Source: Terriglobia bacterium (lineage in GTDB: Bacteria; Acidobacteriota; Terriglobia; JAJPHL01; JAPKYU01). Taken from it: a stretch of 64,000 nt of DNA. The translations under genes were made by a program, and so were the position numbers. Each line of letters opens with the position of its first letter. Position 1 is the stretch's first letter. Below are positions 1 to 10,633 of this stretch, piece after piece. Below the pieces are notes generated by a model. That model did not search any database. It saw only the letters and a program-made list of their open reading frames with translations, and was not told the DNA's origin. Location: the NCBI GenBank assembly GCA_965223005.1, contig CBDCVK010000008.1:1-64000 (forward strand). The letters run 5' to 3'.

Positions 1-3
1 AGA

Positions 4-918
4 TTGGTCTTTGAAGAGGCGCGCCGTCAGGGGGCATTGAGCGGGTATGCCCACTACGGCAACGATATTGTTGGTGGTCCCTACGGCCTCGGCATCGATC
101 TGCCCCATGGTCTGGTGAGTTTTCTTGAAGTGTTGCAGTTCAATCGGGGAATTTACGATGTTTGGTATGAAATTCTGAACACCGGCTTTCGCATGATACC
201 TACGGCGGGAACAGACTATCCGTGCGGAAGAGCAACGATCCCCGGGCGTGAGCGATTCTACACGAAAATTGAAGGTCCCTTTACCTACAAGAATTGGTTG
301 GAAGGGGTCCGCAAGAGCCACACGTTTGTGACCAATGGACCGATCCTTGAGTTTCAAGTCAATGGCAAGGGGATGGGGGAGGAAGTGGTTCTTGGCCAGC
401 CTGGCTCAGTGCAGATAGAAGGCCGGGTGCGCTTTGACCCGACCTGGGATGAGGTAGAGCATCTCGAGGTCATTGAGAACGGGCAACTGTTGCGAAGCTT
501 CCCGAGAGCAGCGGGGTCGGCCGAGATCCGGTTCAAGTTCGAACACAAGGTTCGTGAGGCTTCCTGGTTGGCTATTCGGGCTTATGGAAAAAAGCTAAAT
601 CAAATAGTTCCCAGGGTTCTTCCACACCGCACGATGCGCCCAACGTCGGAGGCTCATTCGGCTCCGGTTTATGTAAATTTGAAAGGAGCACCTCCTCTTT
701 CTGCCCATCCCCGGGCTAAGCTCTTGGCTCGCAAGTGGCTGGCCCGGCTGGACGATTTAGAAACCCGGTTGGCTGAGGATCAGCTTGCGCATTTGGCCAA
801 GAAACTGGAGCGGAATCAGGGGGATATTGTCAAAGTGGACCTGCTTCGCAAGAACCGTTCAGCCCTTCTCGAGGAGATCCAGAAGTCTAAAGACTATTTC
901 ACGCGCTTAGCACGCTAA
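4..918 (+). CDS. CehA/McbA-family (PHP-like) metallohydrolase, C-terminal part; 5' end lies outside the window
   Basis: YAH, 'WYEILNTGFRMIPTAGTDYP' and 'TFVTNGP' motifs, followed by a beta-rich domain ending 'EAHSAPVYV', typical of this family. Confidence 0.65.
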   Translation: MVFEEARRQGALSGYAHYGNDIVGGPYGLGIDLPHGLVSFLEVLQFNRGIYDVWYEILNTGFRMIPTAGTDYPCGRATIPGRERFYTKIEGPFTYKNWLEGVRKSHTFVTNGPILEFQVNGKGMGEEVVLGQPGSVQIEGRVRFDPTWDEVEHLEVIENGQLLRSFPRAAGSAEIRFKFEHKVREASWLAIRAYGKKLNQIVPRVLPHRTMRPTSEAHSAPVYVNLKGAPPLSAHPRAKLLARKWLARLDDLETRLAEDQLAHLAKKLERNQGDIVKVDLLRKNRSALLEEIQKSKDYFTRLAR

Positions 919-939
919 GGACTGGGTTTTGAACTTTCC

Positions 940-2100
940 CTATCGGCTCCGGGTGGCAAGGTGTATCCGGCTTCTGGCTACTGCCGCGAAAAGCCCATCA
1001 GGCTCAAGTTCCAAGAACTTTTGCAACGCCTCCACCGCGCCGGGGGGCGGGAGGGACTTGCCGGTCTTCTCATCCACCTCAGCTTCGGCACTCAAGTGCA
1101 CGCCAAGCTGATACCAGGACATTGCGTAGTTGGGGTCAACTTCGGTGGCCTTGCGGAAGGCTTCGATGGCTTCTTCTTTCCAGCCATTGTTGCTGAGCAC
1201 GGCGCCCACATTAAAGAAGTAACGGGCAGCCTCGTCCGGGGCCAGTTCAGCGGCCGTGCTTAGCTCCTTCTCGGCCCCCTCCATGTTTCCGGCAGACGCC
1301 AGAACCCGGCCAAGGTTGTAGTGGTAGTCCGCAGCGTCGGGCTTCAAGGCGATGGCCTTCTCGTAGGCCTCAATTGCCTTTCCGTACAGGGCTCTGGCGT
1401 AGGAACCGCGCTTGGCCAGGAAAGTGCGCAGCTGCTTCTCGGCTTCCTCCAGCTTTCCTTTCTGCAAGTAGATTTTGGCCAACAGTAGATGGATCTGAGG
1501 CACCTTGCGGTGCTCATGTTGATTCGCTTGTAGAGCGCTTTTTTCGGCTTCCTCCACACGGCCCAGCGACAGGTTGACGTAGGAGTGCAAGAGATGCCCC
1601 ACGCTCAGGGTGGGATAGAGCTGTAAGATCTCGTTCGAGGTTTCCAGCAACGGCTGGGGTTCGTCGTAGGAATGCACCCATTTGGGGTTTGCGACGATCG
1701 CCTGCCCGAAGGCTTTGCGCGCCTCCTCCTTTCGACCCTGCTGCAGGTAGATCCGTCCCATCTCCAGGTAGATCTGTCCCATCTCGTAGAAAGCCTCCGT
1801 GTACTGGGGATAAATCTTGGTGGCTTTCTTTAGCTGTTGGAGAGCCTTCTTGTACTTCTTCTTGCGCGCGGCCTCGAGCGCTTTTTCAAATTCCTCCTGG
1901 GCCTTTTCTCGCTTGGACAGCTTGCGGGACGGCTTCTCAAACTGGAGGGACGGCAACTCCATCTTAAGCTGCTGCGACTGCCGTTCGTCCTCCATCAGCC
2001 TCCGATCCCGTTCGGTCATCTGCATCCGCTCGTCAAAACCCTGCGCCCAGAGCATGGAAACAGAAAGTACTAGTGCCACACCCAGGATTCGGATTCCCAT
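940..2100 (-). CDS. Secreted tetratricopeptide-repeat protein
   Basis: Signal peptide MGIRILGVALVLSVSMLWAQ at ATG 2100; many TPR motifs (e.g. AIEAYEKAIALKPDAADYHYNLG). The upstream ORF extension is a kinase stub and non-coding DNA. Confidence 0.8.
   Translation of the reverse strand: MGIRILGVALVLSVSMLWAQGFDERMQMTERDRRLMEDERQSQQLKMELPSLQFEKPSRKLSKREKAQEEFEKALEAARKKKYKKALQQLKKATKIYPQYTEAFYEMGQIYLEMGRIYLQQGRKEEARKAFGQAIVANPKWVHSYDEPQPLLETSNEILQLYPTLSVGHLLHSYVNLSLGRVEEAEKSALQANQHEHRKVPQIHLLLAKIYLQKGKLEEAEKQLRTFLAKRGSYARALYGKAIEAYEKAIALKPDAADYHYNLGRVLASAGNMEGAEKELSTAAELAPDEAARYFFNVGAVLSNNGWKEEAIEAFRKATEVDPNYAMSWYQLGVHLSAEAEVDEKTGKSLPPPGAVEALQKFLELEPDGLFAAVARSRIHLATRSR
1744..1785. repeat. 21-bp tandem duplication inside the TPR gene (EMGQIYL/EMGRIYL)
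   Basis: caggtagatccgtcccatctc followed by caggtagatctgtcccatctc. Confidence 0.9.
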
Positions 2101-2103
2101 TAG

Positions 2104-2223
2104 GAAACGCTTTTGGGTGGCAACGCGGTCCACCTGTTCATCGTGCTCCCGGTACACGACACGCCTCCTCTTATCGCCGAGCTTCTCGACGATGTGGTAG
2201 TGGCCGAGGTTTAGACAAATCAT
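2104..2223 (-). pseudogene. Degenerate Ser/Thr protein kinase N-terminal stub, in frame with the TPR gene
   Basis: MICLNLGHYHIVEKLGDKRRRVVYREHDEQVDRVA resembles Hanks-type subdomain I-II (MIGxTLGHYxIVEKLGEGGMGVVYxAxD), with the Gly loop destroyed. Confidence 0.7.
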
Positions 2224-2229
2224 GGGGAA

Positions 2230-2279
2230 GAACCCCCTCTTGCTGGCAATCCTACGCCCCGCCCGCAGGCAGGTCAAGG
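2230..2279 (-). repeat. Dispersed kinase-leader repeat, copy 1 (TTGACC-17-TAGGAT promoter plus GAGGGGG RBS)
   Basis: 47/50 identical to 4630-4679; related to 43014-43079. Confidence 0.85.
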
Positions 2280-2430
2280 TCAACAGGCGAGCGACCTGTG
2301 CCGCTTTCTTGCCTGATCTGAAGTTGACACAGAGGGCGACGAGCGTATGCTTTTGGCAGAGGGGAAGCTCAAAATGGAAATTCCGGTTAACCCACCCCTT
2401 GAGGTCAGTAACTATAAGGAGGAGATAGTT

Positions 2431-4591
2431 ATGACGCACGGCAAGATACCCTTGTTGCTGAGTGGAGTTTTGTGCTTGTTCTTGGTTCCTACAAAAGTAT
2501 CCGCCGAGTACGTGAACCCGCGATTTGGCAGCGTAACCCCCGCCGAAGTTGATCCCTCAAAAGCTGCCGATATATACCGCCTCATGGATCTAACTGGTGC
2601 CAAGCAGGTAGCGGCTCAAGTGACGAGAAACATGGAATCGATGTCAAAACCAACGTTTAGAAGGGCCTGTTAGGAAAGTTGCTAAAAATTGCAGAGCCAC
2701 CAGCTCGCTGGCGACAAGCTTGAGCCGAAATCGTCGGAGAGCTTGTCCTGACCACCTAACCCGCACCGGCTGTAAAATTGAGAGCAAGGGGTGCTGAAGG
2801 GATGATCGAAAAGCGTCATCCCGATATACGTTCCAGGCACCTTTCCCACGAGGAAATCAGAGGGCTGACCCAATTCTATGATCGACAAAACTGCAGCAAG
2901 ATGCTGAAAGGGCTGATTTTCCCTGGGCCGACCTCGGTTTTACGAAGCAAAATATAAATGTCAGTATAATTGATCTCATTATCCGGGCGAGGACTGCCGA
3001 TCTGCAGCCTTCCCCAAGTCAAAACGCGATGTTCAGCTACCTGAGCCCCAGGATTCGGACGGGTGAAACCTTTTGGGTGGATCTCCGTTGATCGGCCGAT
3101 ACGCCGCATGACCGACCAAGCACTGATCAACGGCTTGCGCCGCGGTTCGAGCGGATGTATGCTGACATGCGGCGCCCCTCGATGCCGCTTTCCCGGATCT
3201 GAAGCTGCTGCGGGCCTTGCTTCGGCAGGTGCTCTACACCACCCACCGAACGGATGCTGCTGGAGCAACTCGGATTACAACCTCCTGTTGCAGACGGTGG
3301 AGTTTGTGGACTGAACATGGATGACCGGTGTGGGTCAGCCGACGCCGTGTTCCCTCAAGAACCGTTGACCGGATTCTGCATGCCAAGCAGGCTCCGGCCG
3401 TCGCTCAGGCATTCCAACTTGACGAGGTGGAAAGTTGCGCGAGGCCACCGGGCGAGCAGTCCTTGAGTTGCTGTCGCAAAAATTCGAGGAGCAGGTCTTC
3501 CCACGGTGGACGGGACACGTTGCTGGAAGTCGCAGCGTGGGCGAGCCAGAAGAGCCTTCAGAGGAAGGACGCGCCGGAGGGGCCGCCGCCGGAATTGATC
3601 CGGGCAATCGCCCACGGTGGCTCCAGCAAAGAGAAGCGGGACCAACGAATCCGTGCTGTCCAGTCGACGACACCAACCCGGACGCTCGGCCCGCCCGCGA
3701 ATGCCGACATCGGGCAAAGCCAAGGAGGCCAAGCTCGAGCTTACGCCGGGCACGTCCGCTCGAATGGAGAACCGCAACGGGCTGGTGCTGAACACCGTGC
3801 GGCTGACCCAGGCCACCGGCACCGGCTGCTGGAGCGGGAAGCGGCCGTGGAGATGGTTGACGACATTCCGGGCCCGAAGCAGGTGACGAGTGGCTGCCGA
3901 CAAGAACTACGACGCCGAAGCGATGGTGTTCAGAGCAGTTGCGGGAACGGAAGGCCCGCCGCACGTCCACGGTGGACTTCGCAGAACCAGGAACGGCGGC
4001 GCAGTGTCGCCATCCCGACAGCCGGACCCACGGCGAAACCCGGGTTACCAGATCAGCCAGAGACGCGCGGAAGAAGGTGCAACGGAGTTTCGGATGGAAG
4101 GCAGACGGTCGGCACCGCCGCTGCGGAAGCTGCGGCATCGGGTCATTCAGAAGGGAGCGCGTCGGCTGGATCTTATACTCATTTACGGCTGCCGCCTAAG
4201 AAGGTCGCCCAGGGACGGATTCGCAACTTGTTTAGAACGATGTTAGGAAAGTTGCTAAAAAGAGTGGCCACCAACGGGCGACAAGCTTGAGGAAATGTCG
4301 GATGTCCAAAGGACAAAAAGGGCTGGGAAAGGCAAAAGACAAGGCCCCAAAGGGCCAATGAGCGAAAAGGTCATCCCGATATACGACAGGCACCTTTCCC
4401 ACGAGGAAATCAGAGGGCTGATCCAATTCTATGAGACCCCACTAGGCCGCCGGCTTGTTAAGGTATTACCGCAGATTATGCAGGAGTCTATGGCTGCTGG
4501 GGAAGAGTGGGGCACAGAACGAATTCTAGAAGTCTTACGCGAGATGGCGGAAGAGTTTCCTGAATTAAGACAAATACAACTTATCAATTAA
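2431..4591 (+). pseudogene. DUF2059-like secreted protein interrupted by a degenerate IS5-family copy
   Basis: N-terminal part 2431-2673 (signal peptide, KAADIYRLMDLTGA) and C-terminal part about 4360-4591 (IPIYDRHLSHEEIRGLIQFYETPLG, a DUF2059-like motif). Confidence 0.7.
2895..4359 (+). mobile_element. Heavily frameshifted copy of the IS5-family element at 18826-20164; right IR absent
   Basis: Colinear near-identity to the intact copy (e.g. gcgagccagaagagc, aaagggctgggaaaggcaaaagacaaggccccaaagggccaat) but with dense indels; left end agcaagatgctgaaa. Confidence 0.85.
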
Positions 4592-4629
4592 GCCGAGCGG
4601 CGGATGATTACTACGCTCCGTATCACGAG

Positions 4630-4679
4630 GAACCCCCTCTTGCTGGCAATCCTACGCCACGCCAACAGGCAGGTCAAGG
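4630..4679 (-). repeat. Dispersed kinase-leader repeat, copy 2
   Basis: gaaccccctcttgctggcaatcctacgccacgccaacaggcaggtcaagg, a direct repeat of 2230-2279. Confidence 0.85.
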
Positions 4680-4687
4680 CATTGAAG

Positions 4688-4723
4688 AGACCCGCCTCGC
4701 GTTGACTTGCCTGCGGGCGCGGC
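4688..4723 (+). repeat. Dispersed kinase-leader repeat, partial copy 3 (back-to-back with copy 2)
   Basis: agacccgcctcgcgttgacttgcctgcgggcgcggc matches 43014-43049 agacccccctcgcgttgacttgccagcgggcggggc. Confidence 0.8.
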
Positions 4724-4728
4724 AATCT

Positions 4729-6387
4729 TCAGAGCACGACCGTTTCGCGGTATTCGCCGAAGACGCGGCGCAGGGCGGCGCTGATTTCGCCCACCGTGCA
4801 CCATGCCTCCACCGCGGCCAGAATGAGAGGCATCAGGTTGTCGGAGGAAGTCGCGGCGCGTTCCAACACCTCCAGGGCAGCCATCGCGGCGGCTGGGTCC
4901 CGAGTAGCGCGCAGGCGGCGGAGGCGCTCCACCTGTTCGCTTTCCAGTTGGGGGTCCACCCGCAGCACGGGGACGGGCTTCTCAGTGTTGGTTCGGAACC
5001 GGTTCACGCCCACAATCACCTGTTCGCCGCTTTCCACGGCCTTCTGGTACCGATAGGCGGCGGCCTGAATTTCCCGCTGGATGTAACCGGTCTCGATGGC
5101 ACGCAAGGTTCCACCCATCGCGTCGATGCGCTGGAGATATTCACGGGCGCCCCGCTCGATCTCGCCCGTCAGGTGCTCGATGAGATAGGAGCCGGCCAGC
5201 GGGTCCACCGTATTGGTCACTCCACTTTCATTGGCCAGAACCTGCTGGGTGCGCAGGGCCAGCAGGGCGGCCTCCTGGGTGGGCAGACCCAGCGCCTCGT
5301 CGCGGGCGTTGGTGTGCAAAGACTGCGCCCCGCCTAGCACCGCCGCCAAAGCTTGCAGTGTGGTGCGAACCACGTTGACCTCAGGCTGCTGGGCGGTGAG
5401 CGTGGAGCCCGCCGTCTGGGCGTGGAAGCGTAGCATCAGGGAGCGCGGCTGCCGCGCCCCGAACCGTTCCCGCATCAACCGGGCCCACAAGCGGCGCGCT
5501 GCCCGGAATTTTGCCACCTCCTCCAGCAGGTGGTTGTGAGCATTGAAAAAGAAGGAGAGTCGTGGCGCAAACTGGTCCACTTCCAGGCCCGCCTCCACCG
5601 CCGTCTGGACATAGGCCAAAGCATTGCCTAACGTGAAGGCCACCTCCTGCACAGCCGTGGAACCGGCCTCGCGGATGTGGTAGCCGCTGATGGAGATGGT
5701 GTTCCACTCGGGTAATTCGCGGTGGCACCAGGCGATCAGGTCGGTGACCAACCGCATTGCCGGGCGGGGCGGATAAATGTAGGTACCGCGCGCGATGTAC
5801 TCCTTCAGAATGTCGTTCTGCACCGTGCCGGAGATCTGGCGCAGCTCGGCACCCTGCTTGCGCGCCACGGCCACGTACAGGCACAGCAGGATGGCCGCCG
5901 TTGCATTAATGGTCATGGACGTGGAAACCCGCTCCAGGGGAATCCCTTCCAATAGCCGCTCCATGTCGGCGAGCGAGTTAATCGCGACGCCCGCTTTGCC
6001 GACCTCCCCGGCCGCCAGGGGGTCGTCGGAATCCATTCCCATTTGTGTGGGCAGGTCAAAGGCGACCGAGAGGCCCGTTTGACCCTGCTCAATCAGGTAG
6101 CGGAAGCGGCGGTTGGACTCTTCGGCGGTGCCGAAGCCGGCATACTGGCGCATGGTCCAAAGACGGCCCCGGTACATGTTGGAGTAGAGGCCCCGGGTGA
6201 AGGGGAACTGGCCCGGCTCGCCCAGGTCCGTCTCGTACTGGAAGCCTTTCTCTTCCAGGTCTTCCGGGGTGTAGTAGGGATTCAGCTCCAGTCCGGAGGA
6301 AGTCGAAAACTTTTCCTGATGCTCGGGACCAGCAGTCTTCTTCTGCCGGCCACCGGCTTTTTTCCGGCGGAGAGATGAGCCTTCCAT
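4729..6387 (-). CDS. Methylmalonyl-CoA mutase, N-terminal/large (substrate-binding) subunit
   Basis: [42 protein letters not shown] motifs; no B12-binding domain; start placed at ATG 6387. Confidence 0.93.
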   Translation of the reverse strand: MEGSSLRRKKAGGRQKKTAGPEHQEKFSTSSGLELNPYYTPEDLEEKGFQYETDLGEPGQFPFTRGLYSNMYRGRLWTMRQYAGFGTAEESNRRFRYLIEQGQTGLSVAFDLPTQMGMDSDDPLAAGEVGKAGVAINSLADMERLLEGIPLERVSTSMTINATAAILLCLYVAVARKQGAELRQISGTVQNDILKEYIARGTYIYPPRPAMRLVTDLIAWCHRELPEWNTISISGYHIREAGSTAVQEVAFTLGNALAYVQTAVEAGLEVDQFAPRLSFFFNAHNHLLEEVAKFRAARRLWARLMRERFGARQPRSLMLRFHAQTAGSTLTAQQPEVNVVRTTLQALAAVLGGAQSLHTNARDEALGLPTQEAALLALRTQQVLANESGVTNTVDPLAGSYLIEHLTGEIERGAREYLQRIDAMGGTLRAIETGYIQREIQAAAYRYQKAVESGEQVIVGVNRFRTNTEKPVPVLRVDPQLESEQVERLRRLRATRDPAAAMAALEVLERAATSSDNLMPLILAAVEAWCTVGEISAALRRVFGEYRETVVL

Positions 6388-6392
6388 GTTTT

Positions 6393-6686
6393 TCACCGGT
6401 GGCGAGATTGGTCTTCCTGGCGGACCTTGCGCGCGCTCCGGAAGGAGACGATGCCGAAGCAGACCATCATCACCGTAAAGCCCAAGGCTAGTAGAACGCC
6501 CAGGCTGAAGCCGGCATGCCATTCCCGGATGATGGTCGAGGTTCCCATCACCGCCAAAGCGAGGAAGAGAAACCCGATGGCTTCGTGCCATACCTGACGC
6601 AGCAGGAACCAGGCACGAGAGAGAACCCCTGAGCCGACGCGGACCACAAGCAGGCCGATCGCGCCCAGGGCCAAGCGAGGCCACAT
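6393..6686 (-). CDS. Small hypothetical membrane protein
   Basis: 97 aa with 2-3 hydrophobic segments; ends 5 bp before the mutase start. Confidence 0.6.
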   Translation of the reverse strand: MWPRLALGAIGLLVVRVGSGVLSRAWFLLRQVWHEAIGFLFLALAVMGTSTIIREWHAGFSLGVLLALGFTVMMVCFGIVSFRSARKVRQEDQSRHR

Positions 6687-6973
6687 AAGGGTTAGTGTAG
6701 CAAACGATCCGGCAGGGGAAACAGAAGACAGACGGTGAGGGTAGTGGGCTATTTTGACCCTTTTGGATGCTTCGGCCTGCCAAGATCCATGACGGCCCCA
6801 AGGCCGCCCCTACGACAGCTCCTGTGGATTCAAAGTAGCCCACTACCAGGGTGAGAATGCAGGCTTGGGAAGCCGGATGAAGGCAGGGAAAACCTGTTGC
6901 GGCCGGTCGGCCCCGGTGGTACATTTGGCTGCGGAAGCCCCTGCAGAAGGGAGCTGGGTATTCTCGCTGGACC

Positions 6974-8251
6974 ATGCCGAAAATCCCCGAGTTTCTGGAG
7001 CCTAAAGATCAGAAACCAGATCGCCGGGTGGAGATTGAGTGGCACACGATCTCCTACCGTACGGTAACAGTCATCGGTGTGCTGTTGGTGTTGGCCGTGG
7101 CAGTAATCTTGTATCTACTGTACCCGGAACAGATTCGCCGCGGCTTCGCCAGGCTTCTCCCATCGAAGCGAGAGACCGCCGAGCCGGTGTTGGAGCAGCA
7201 GCAGGGTCGCTTTTTGAACATTGACGGCAACGTCAGGGTCAAGAAGGCTAATGAGGTGCAGTGGGCCTCTGCCTCTCTGGATATGCCCCTGGAAAAGGGG
7301 GATGTAGTGCAAACCTCCGGAGGCGGGCGGGCGCGCGTATCGTTCGCCGATGGCACCGTCTACACGATGCTACCCGATACCTTGATCGTGGTGGAAGAGA
7401 ACGCCAGCGTGCCGGATTCGAACGTCACCAATGTTTCTGTCCAGGTCAACTCCGGGCAAGTGGACCTGTTGACAACAAAGTTCCAGGGCGAATCTAGAGT
7501 CCTGTTTGCCAATGCCGTGGCCACGATGGGCCAGGATAGTCGGGCAAACGTCAAGAGTGATCCGAAGTCGGAGCGCAGCGAGTTGACCTTGGTGAAGGGG
7601 AATTCAGAAGTCTTGCGTGGAACCGAGCGAGTGGTTCTGGGAGCCTACGAGCAGGTTTCCTTTCGCGGGAAAACTGGGAAAATGAGCCGGCAGCGGGTCA
7701 TGGGACCTCCGCTGTTGCTCATACCGGCCAACCAGGCTCCGGTGGTGGCGCCCCAGGGCCAAAAATCCAGGGTGACGTTTTCCTGGACCCCGGTCCCCAC
7801 GGCGAAGGCGTACCGGCTCCGCATTTCTTCTTCCCCGATTTTTTCGACTCGGGCGTATGACCGCCGAGTCGCTTCCAGTACGGTGAAAGTCAACGGACTG
7901 CCGGAGGGCACCTACTATTGGGCTGTCTCTTCCCTGAACACCAAGAACCAGGAGAGTCAGACCAGTGACGCCAACAAGTTTACTCTGCTGCGGCAATTGC
8001 CCGAGGACGAAATCCTTCTGGAAGTGGACAACCTGATCCAGCACGGACAAGTAATGGAGATTGTGGGCAGGACAGAGCCCGGCGCCCGGGTCATCGTGAA
8101 CGATGAGCCGGTGTTTGCGGTCGCTCCCGACGGCACCTTCAAGCACTTCACCCAGCCGTTCGCCAACCCTGGTGCTAATCAAATCACCATTACAGCCCAA
8201 AACGCCAAAGGCCAAATCGCCACGCGGCGCAAAACCGTGTATATTCAATAG
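6974..8251 (+). CDS. Membrane-anchored FecR-domain / fibronectin-III / Ig-like protein
   Basis: N-terminal TM; '[23 protein letters not shown]' FecR motif; 'FSWTPV..Y.L.IS..GTYYWAV' FN3 motif; '[12 protein letters not shown]' Ig-like domain. Confidence 0.75.
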   Translation: MPKIPEFLEPKDQKPDRRVEIEWHTISYRTVTVIGVLLVLAVAVILYLLYPEQIRRGFARLLPSKRETAEPVLEQQQGRFLNIDGNVRVKKANEVQWASASLDMPLEKGDVVQTSGGGRARVSFADGTVYTMLPDTLIVVEENASVPDSNVTNVSVQVNSGQVDLLTTKFQGESRVLFANAVATMGQDSRANVKSDPKSERSELTLVKGNSEVLRGTERVVLGAYEQVSFRGKTGKMSRQRVMGPPLLLIPANQAPVVAPQGQKSRVTFSWTPVPTAKAYRLRISSSPIFSTRAYDRRVASSTVKVNGLPEGTYYWAVSSLNTKNQESQTSDANKFTLLRQLPEDEILLEVDNLIQHGQVMEIVGRTEPGARVIVNDEPVFAVAPDGTFKHFTQPFANPGANQITITAQNAKGQIATRRKTVYIQ

Positions 8252-8316
8252 CGAACGGGTGACCCGGATGTGCTGCTCCCCTCGGGGTGGGGGAGGCTTT
8301 CGGAGCAGAGTAGACG

Positions 8317-9342
8317 ATGAATCTCCGCTCGCTGTTCAGTCTCTTTTCCTCGGACCTGGCGATTGACCTGGGCACCGCTAACACCCTGGTGTACTCCGCC
8401 GCGAAAGGGATTGTGGTGAACGAGCCTTCGATTGTGGTCATCAACCAGAATACCCGCGAGGTGGAGGCGGTGGGCAAGGAGGCCAAAGAGATGTTGGGCC
8501 GCACGCCGGGCAACATCGTGGCCATCAAGCCGGTAAAGGACGGGGTGATCGCCGACTTCAAGGTCACCGAGAAGATGTTGAACTACTTCATCCAAAAAGC
8601 GCACAACCGTAAGATGCTGGTGTACCCGCGCATCGTCATTAGCGTGCCCAGCGAGATCACCCAGGTGGAGAAGCGCGCAGTCATGGAGTCGGCTTACCAG
8701 GCCAAAGCCAGCGAGGTACATCTGGTCGAGCAGGCCATGATGGCGGCCATCGGCGCAGGTTTGCCCATCAGCGAACCCAGCGGCAACATGATCGTGGATA
8801 TCGGCGGCGGTACTACCGACATTGCCCTCATCTCCCTGTCCGGGATCGTCTACAGCCGCTCGGTACGGGTGGCAGGCAACGAGATGGACGAAGCCCTCAT
8901 GCATTACCTGAAGCGGAAATACAACCTGCTGATCGGGGAGCGCACGGCCGAGCAAATCAAGATCGTGATCGGCTCCGCCTACCCGTTGGAAAAACCCCTG
9001 ACCATGGAAATCAAAGGGCGCAACCTGGTTGAAGGCGTGCCCAAAACCATCACCGTGAACGACAGCGAGATTCGCGAGGCGATGTCGGAGTGCGTCTCGG
9101 CGATCATGAATGCCATTCGGGTGGCGCTGGAACGCACGCCCCCGGAGCTGTCGGCCGATATCAGCGACCGCGGCATCGTACTGACCGGCGGCGGCGCTCT
9201 ACTGAAGAACCTGGACAGGCGCATTCGTGAGGAAACCGGGCTCCCCGTCTCCATCGCCGAGGATCCGCTGGCTTCGGTGGCCTTAGGCACTGGCAGGATG
9301 CTCAGCGATTTCAAGCTCCTGCGAAAGGTGTCCATCGAATGA
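8317..9342 (+). CDS. mreB: Rod shape-determining protein MreB
   Basis: IDLGTANT, DIGGGTTD, GIVLTGGGALL actin-like motifs. Confidence 0.98.
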   Translation: MNLRSLFSLFSSDLAIDLGTANTLVYSAAKGIVVNEPSIVVINQNTREVEAVGKEAKEMLGRTPGNIVAIKPVKDGVIADFKVTEKMLNYFIQKAHNRKMLVYPRIVISVPSEITQVEKRAVMESAYQAKASEVHLVEQAMMAAIGAGLPISEPSGNMIVDIGGGTTDIALISLSGIVYSRSVRVAGNEMDEALMHYLKRKYNLLIGERTAEQIKIVIGSAYPLEKPLTMEIKGRNLVEGVPKTITVNDSEIREAMSECVSAIMNAIRVALERTPPELSADISDRGIVLTGGGALLKNLDRRIREETGLPVSIAEDPLASVALGTGRMLSDFKLLRKVSIE

Positions 9343-9388
9343 GCCATCGAAGGAGATAGTCCGGCGAACCCATACAGGCAGCGCTTCT

Positions 9389-10633
9389 ATGGATAGTCTG
9401 CTAAGCCGACATCGAAACGCCATCGTGCTGGTTGCGGTCCTGTTTCTGCAACTGGGCCTGTTGGCCTTTCAGGTGAAACGCGACAAGGATGTCCCGCTCA
9501 TCCGCATCTGGGCGGTGGCGGTGATCGCGCCTGTGGAGAAAGCCTCCAGCAGCGTCATCCGCGGCCTGGTCGGTGTGTGGCGAGATTACGTGGACCTACG
9601 CCACGCCCGGCAGGAGAACCAGCGCCTGATGGAGGAGATTGGCCGGCTGAAGCTCTCCCACCACCACCTGCAGGAGGAAGCCCGGGAAGCCCGCCGGCTG
9701 AAGGAAGTACTACAATTGGGCAGCCAAATCCCCTTCTCCAGCATAGCTTGCCGGGTTATCGGTTCCAGTGCTTCGGAAACCTCGCGCGGGCTGTTTCTTG
9801 ACAAAGGCAGCGAAGTCGGGATTCGGCCCAACATGCCGGTGATCACCCCCAACGGGATCGTTGGCAAGGTGACCCGGGTGTTTTGGGGCTCAGCCCAAGT
9901 GTTGGTGATCACAGATCCCGACAGCGGCGTCGGTGCCCTACTGGAAAAGTCGCGAGTGCACGGCGCAGTGCGGGGTTCCGGCGGCTTCTTCTGCCAATTG
10001 GCCTACGTCGTGAACGGCCAGAGCGTGGAAGTGGGAGAACAGGTGCTGACCTCGGGTGAGGACTTGATCTATCCCAAGGGCCTGCCGATCGGCTCGGTCA
10101 CTTCGGTCAAGCCGGGCCGCGTGTTCCACGAAATCGAAGTGCAGCCCTCGGCTCGGCTGAACCGGCTGGAAGAAGTGCTGGTTGTCGTGCGTGGCGCCGG
10201 GAAGCAGATTCCTTCCAGGGCTGAAGCGCCGTTCGTGGCAGGGACCTCGCCGCGGCAAGCTGGGGCCACTGTCGCGACAGCCGCTCCGCCGGTCGCTGCA
10301 GCGACGACCAAGGCCGAAGCCCGGGCGAAGGCAGAGGCGAGGCCCCGTACCAGACTTGAAACGGATGCCGACAAGCTGCTCGAAGCCTACCGCACTGCGC
10401 AGCTGCACAAGGGCAAGGATCAGAAGCGAGCCTTGGTGCCCCCCCAACGTCGGACGCCTCCCCCTGCCGTTGTCCCCAGACCGCCGGAAGCCCCGGAGCC
10501 GGCGGCCACCGAAGTCGAAGCCGAAGCAGCCGCGTCTGACACTGGTCCTGGCAGCCAGCCGGTTGCCGCCACTGTTCCTGAGAAGCCCACTGACAGGCGG
10601 CTTCCAAGTCCAGAGCCTCCCCCTGCGCGATGA
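9389..10633 (+). CDS. mreC: Rod shape-determining protein MreC with a long Pro/Ala-rich tail
   Basis: TM, coiled coil, 'LDKGS..GI..MPVI..GIVGKV', 'TSG..IYPKGLPIG'; operon position. Confidence 0.93.
   Translation: MDSLLSRHRNAIVLVAVLFLQLGLLAFQVKRDKDVPLIRIWAVAVIAPVEKASSSVIRGLVGVWRDYVDLRHARQENQRLMEEIGRLKLSHHHLQEEAREARRLKEVLQLGSQIPFSSIACRVIGSSASETSRGLFLDKGSEVGIRPNMPVITPNGIVGKVTRVFWGSAQVLVITDPDSGVGALLEKSRVHGAVRGSGGFFCQLAYVVNGQSVEVGEQVLTSGEDLIYPKGLPIGSVTSVKPGRVFHEIEVQPSARLNRLEEVLVVVRGAGKQIPSRAEAPFVAGTSPRQAGATVATAAPPVAAATTKAEARAKAEARPRTRLETDADKLLEAYRTAQLHKGKDQKRALVPPQRRTPPPAVVPRPPEAPEPAATEVEAEAAASDTGPGSQPVAATVPEKPTDRRLPSPEPPPAR

Noticed and set aside
6388-6975. N-terminal extension of the 748-aa mutase ORF
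   Set aside because: It overlaps a separate membrane-protein gene in another frame; mutase similarity begins only after ATG 6387
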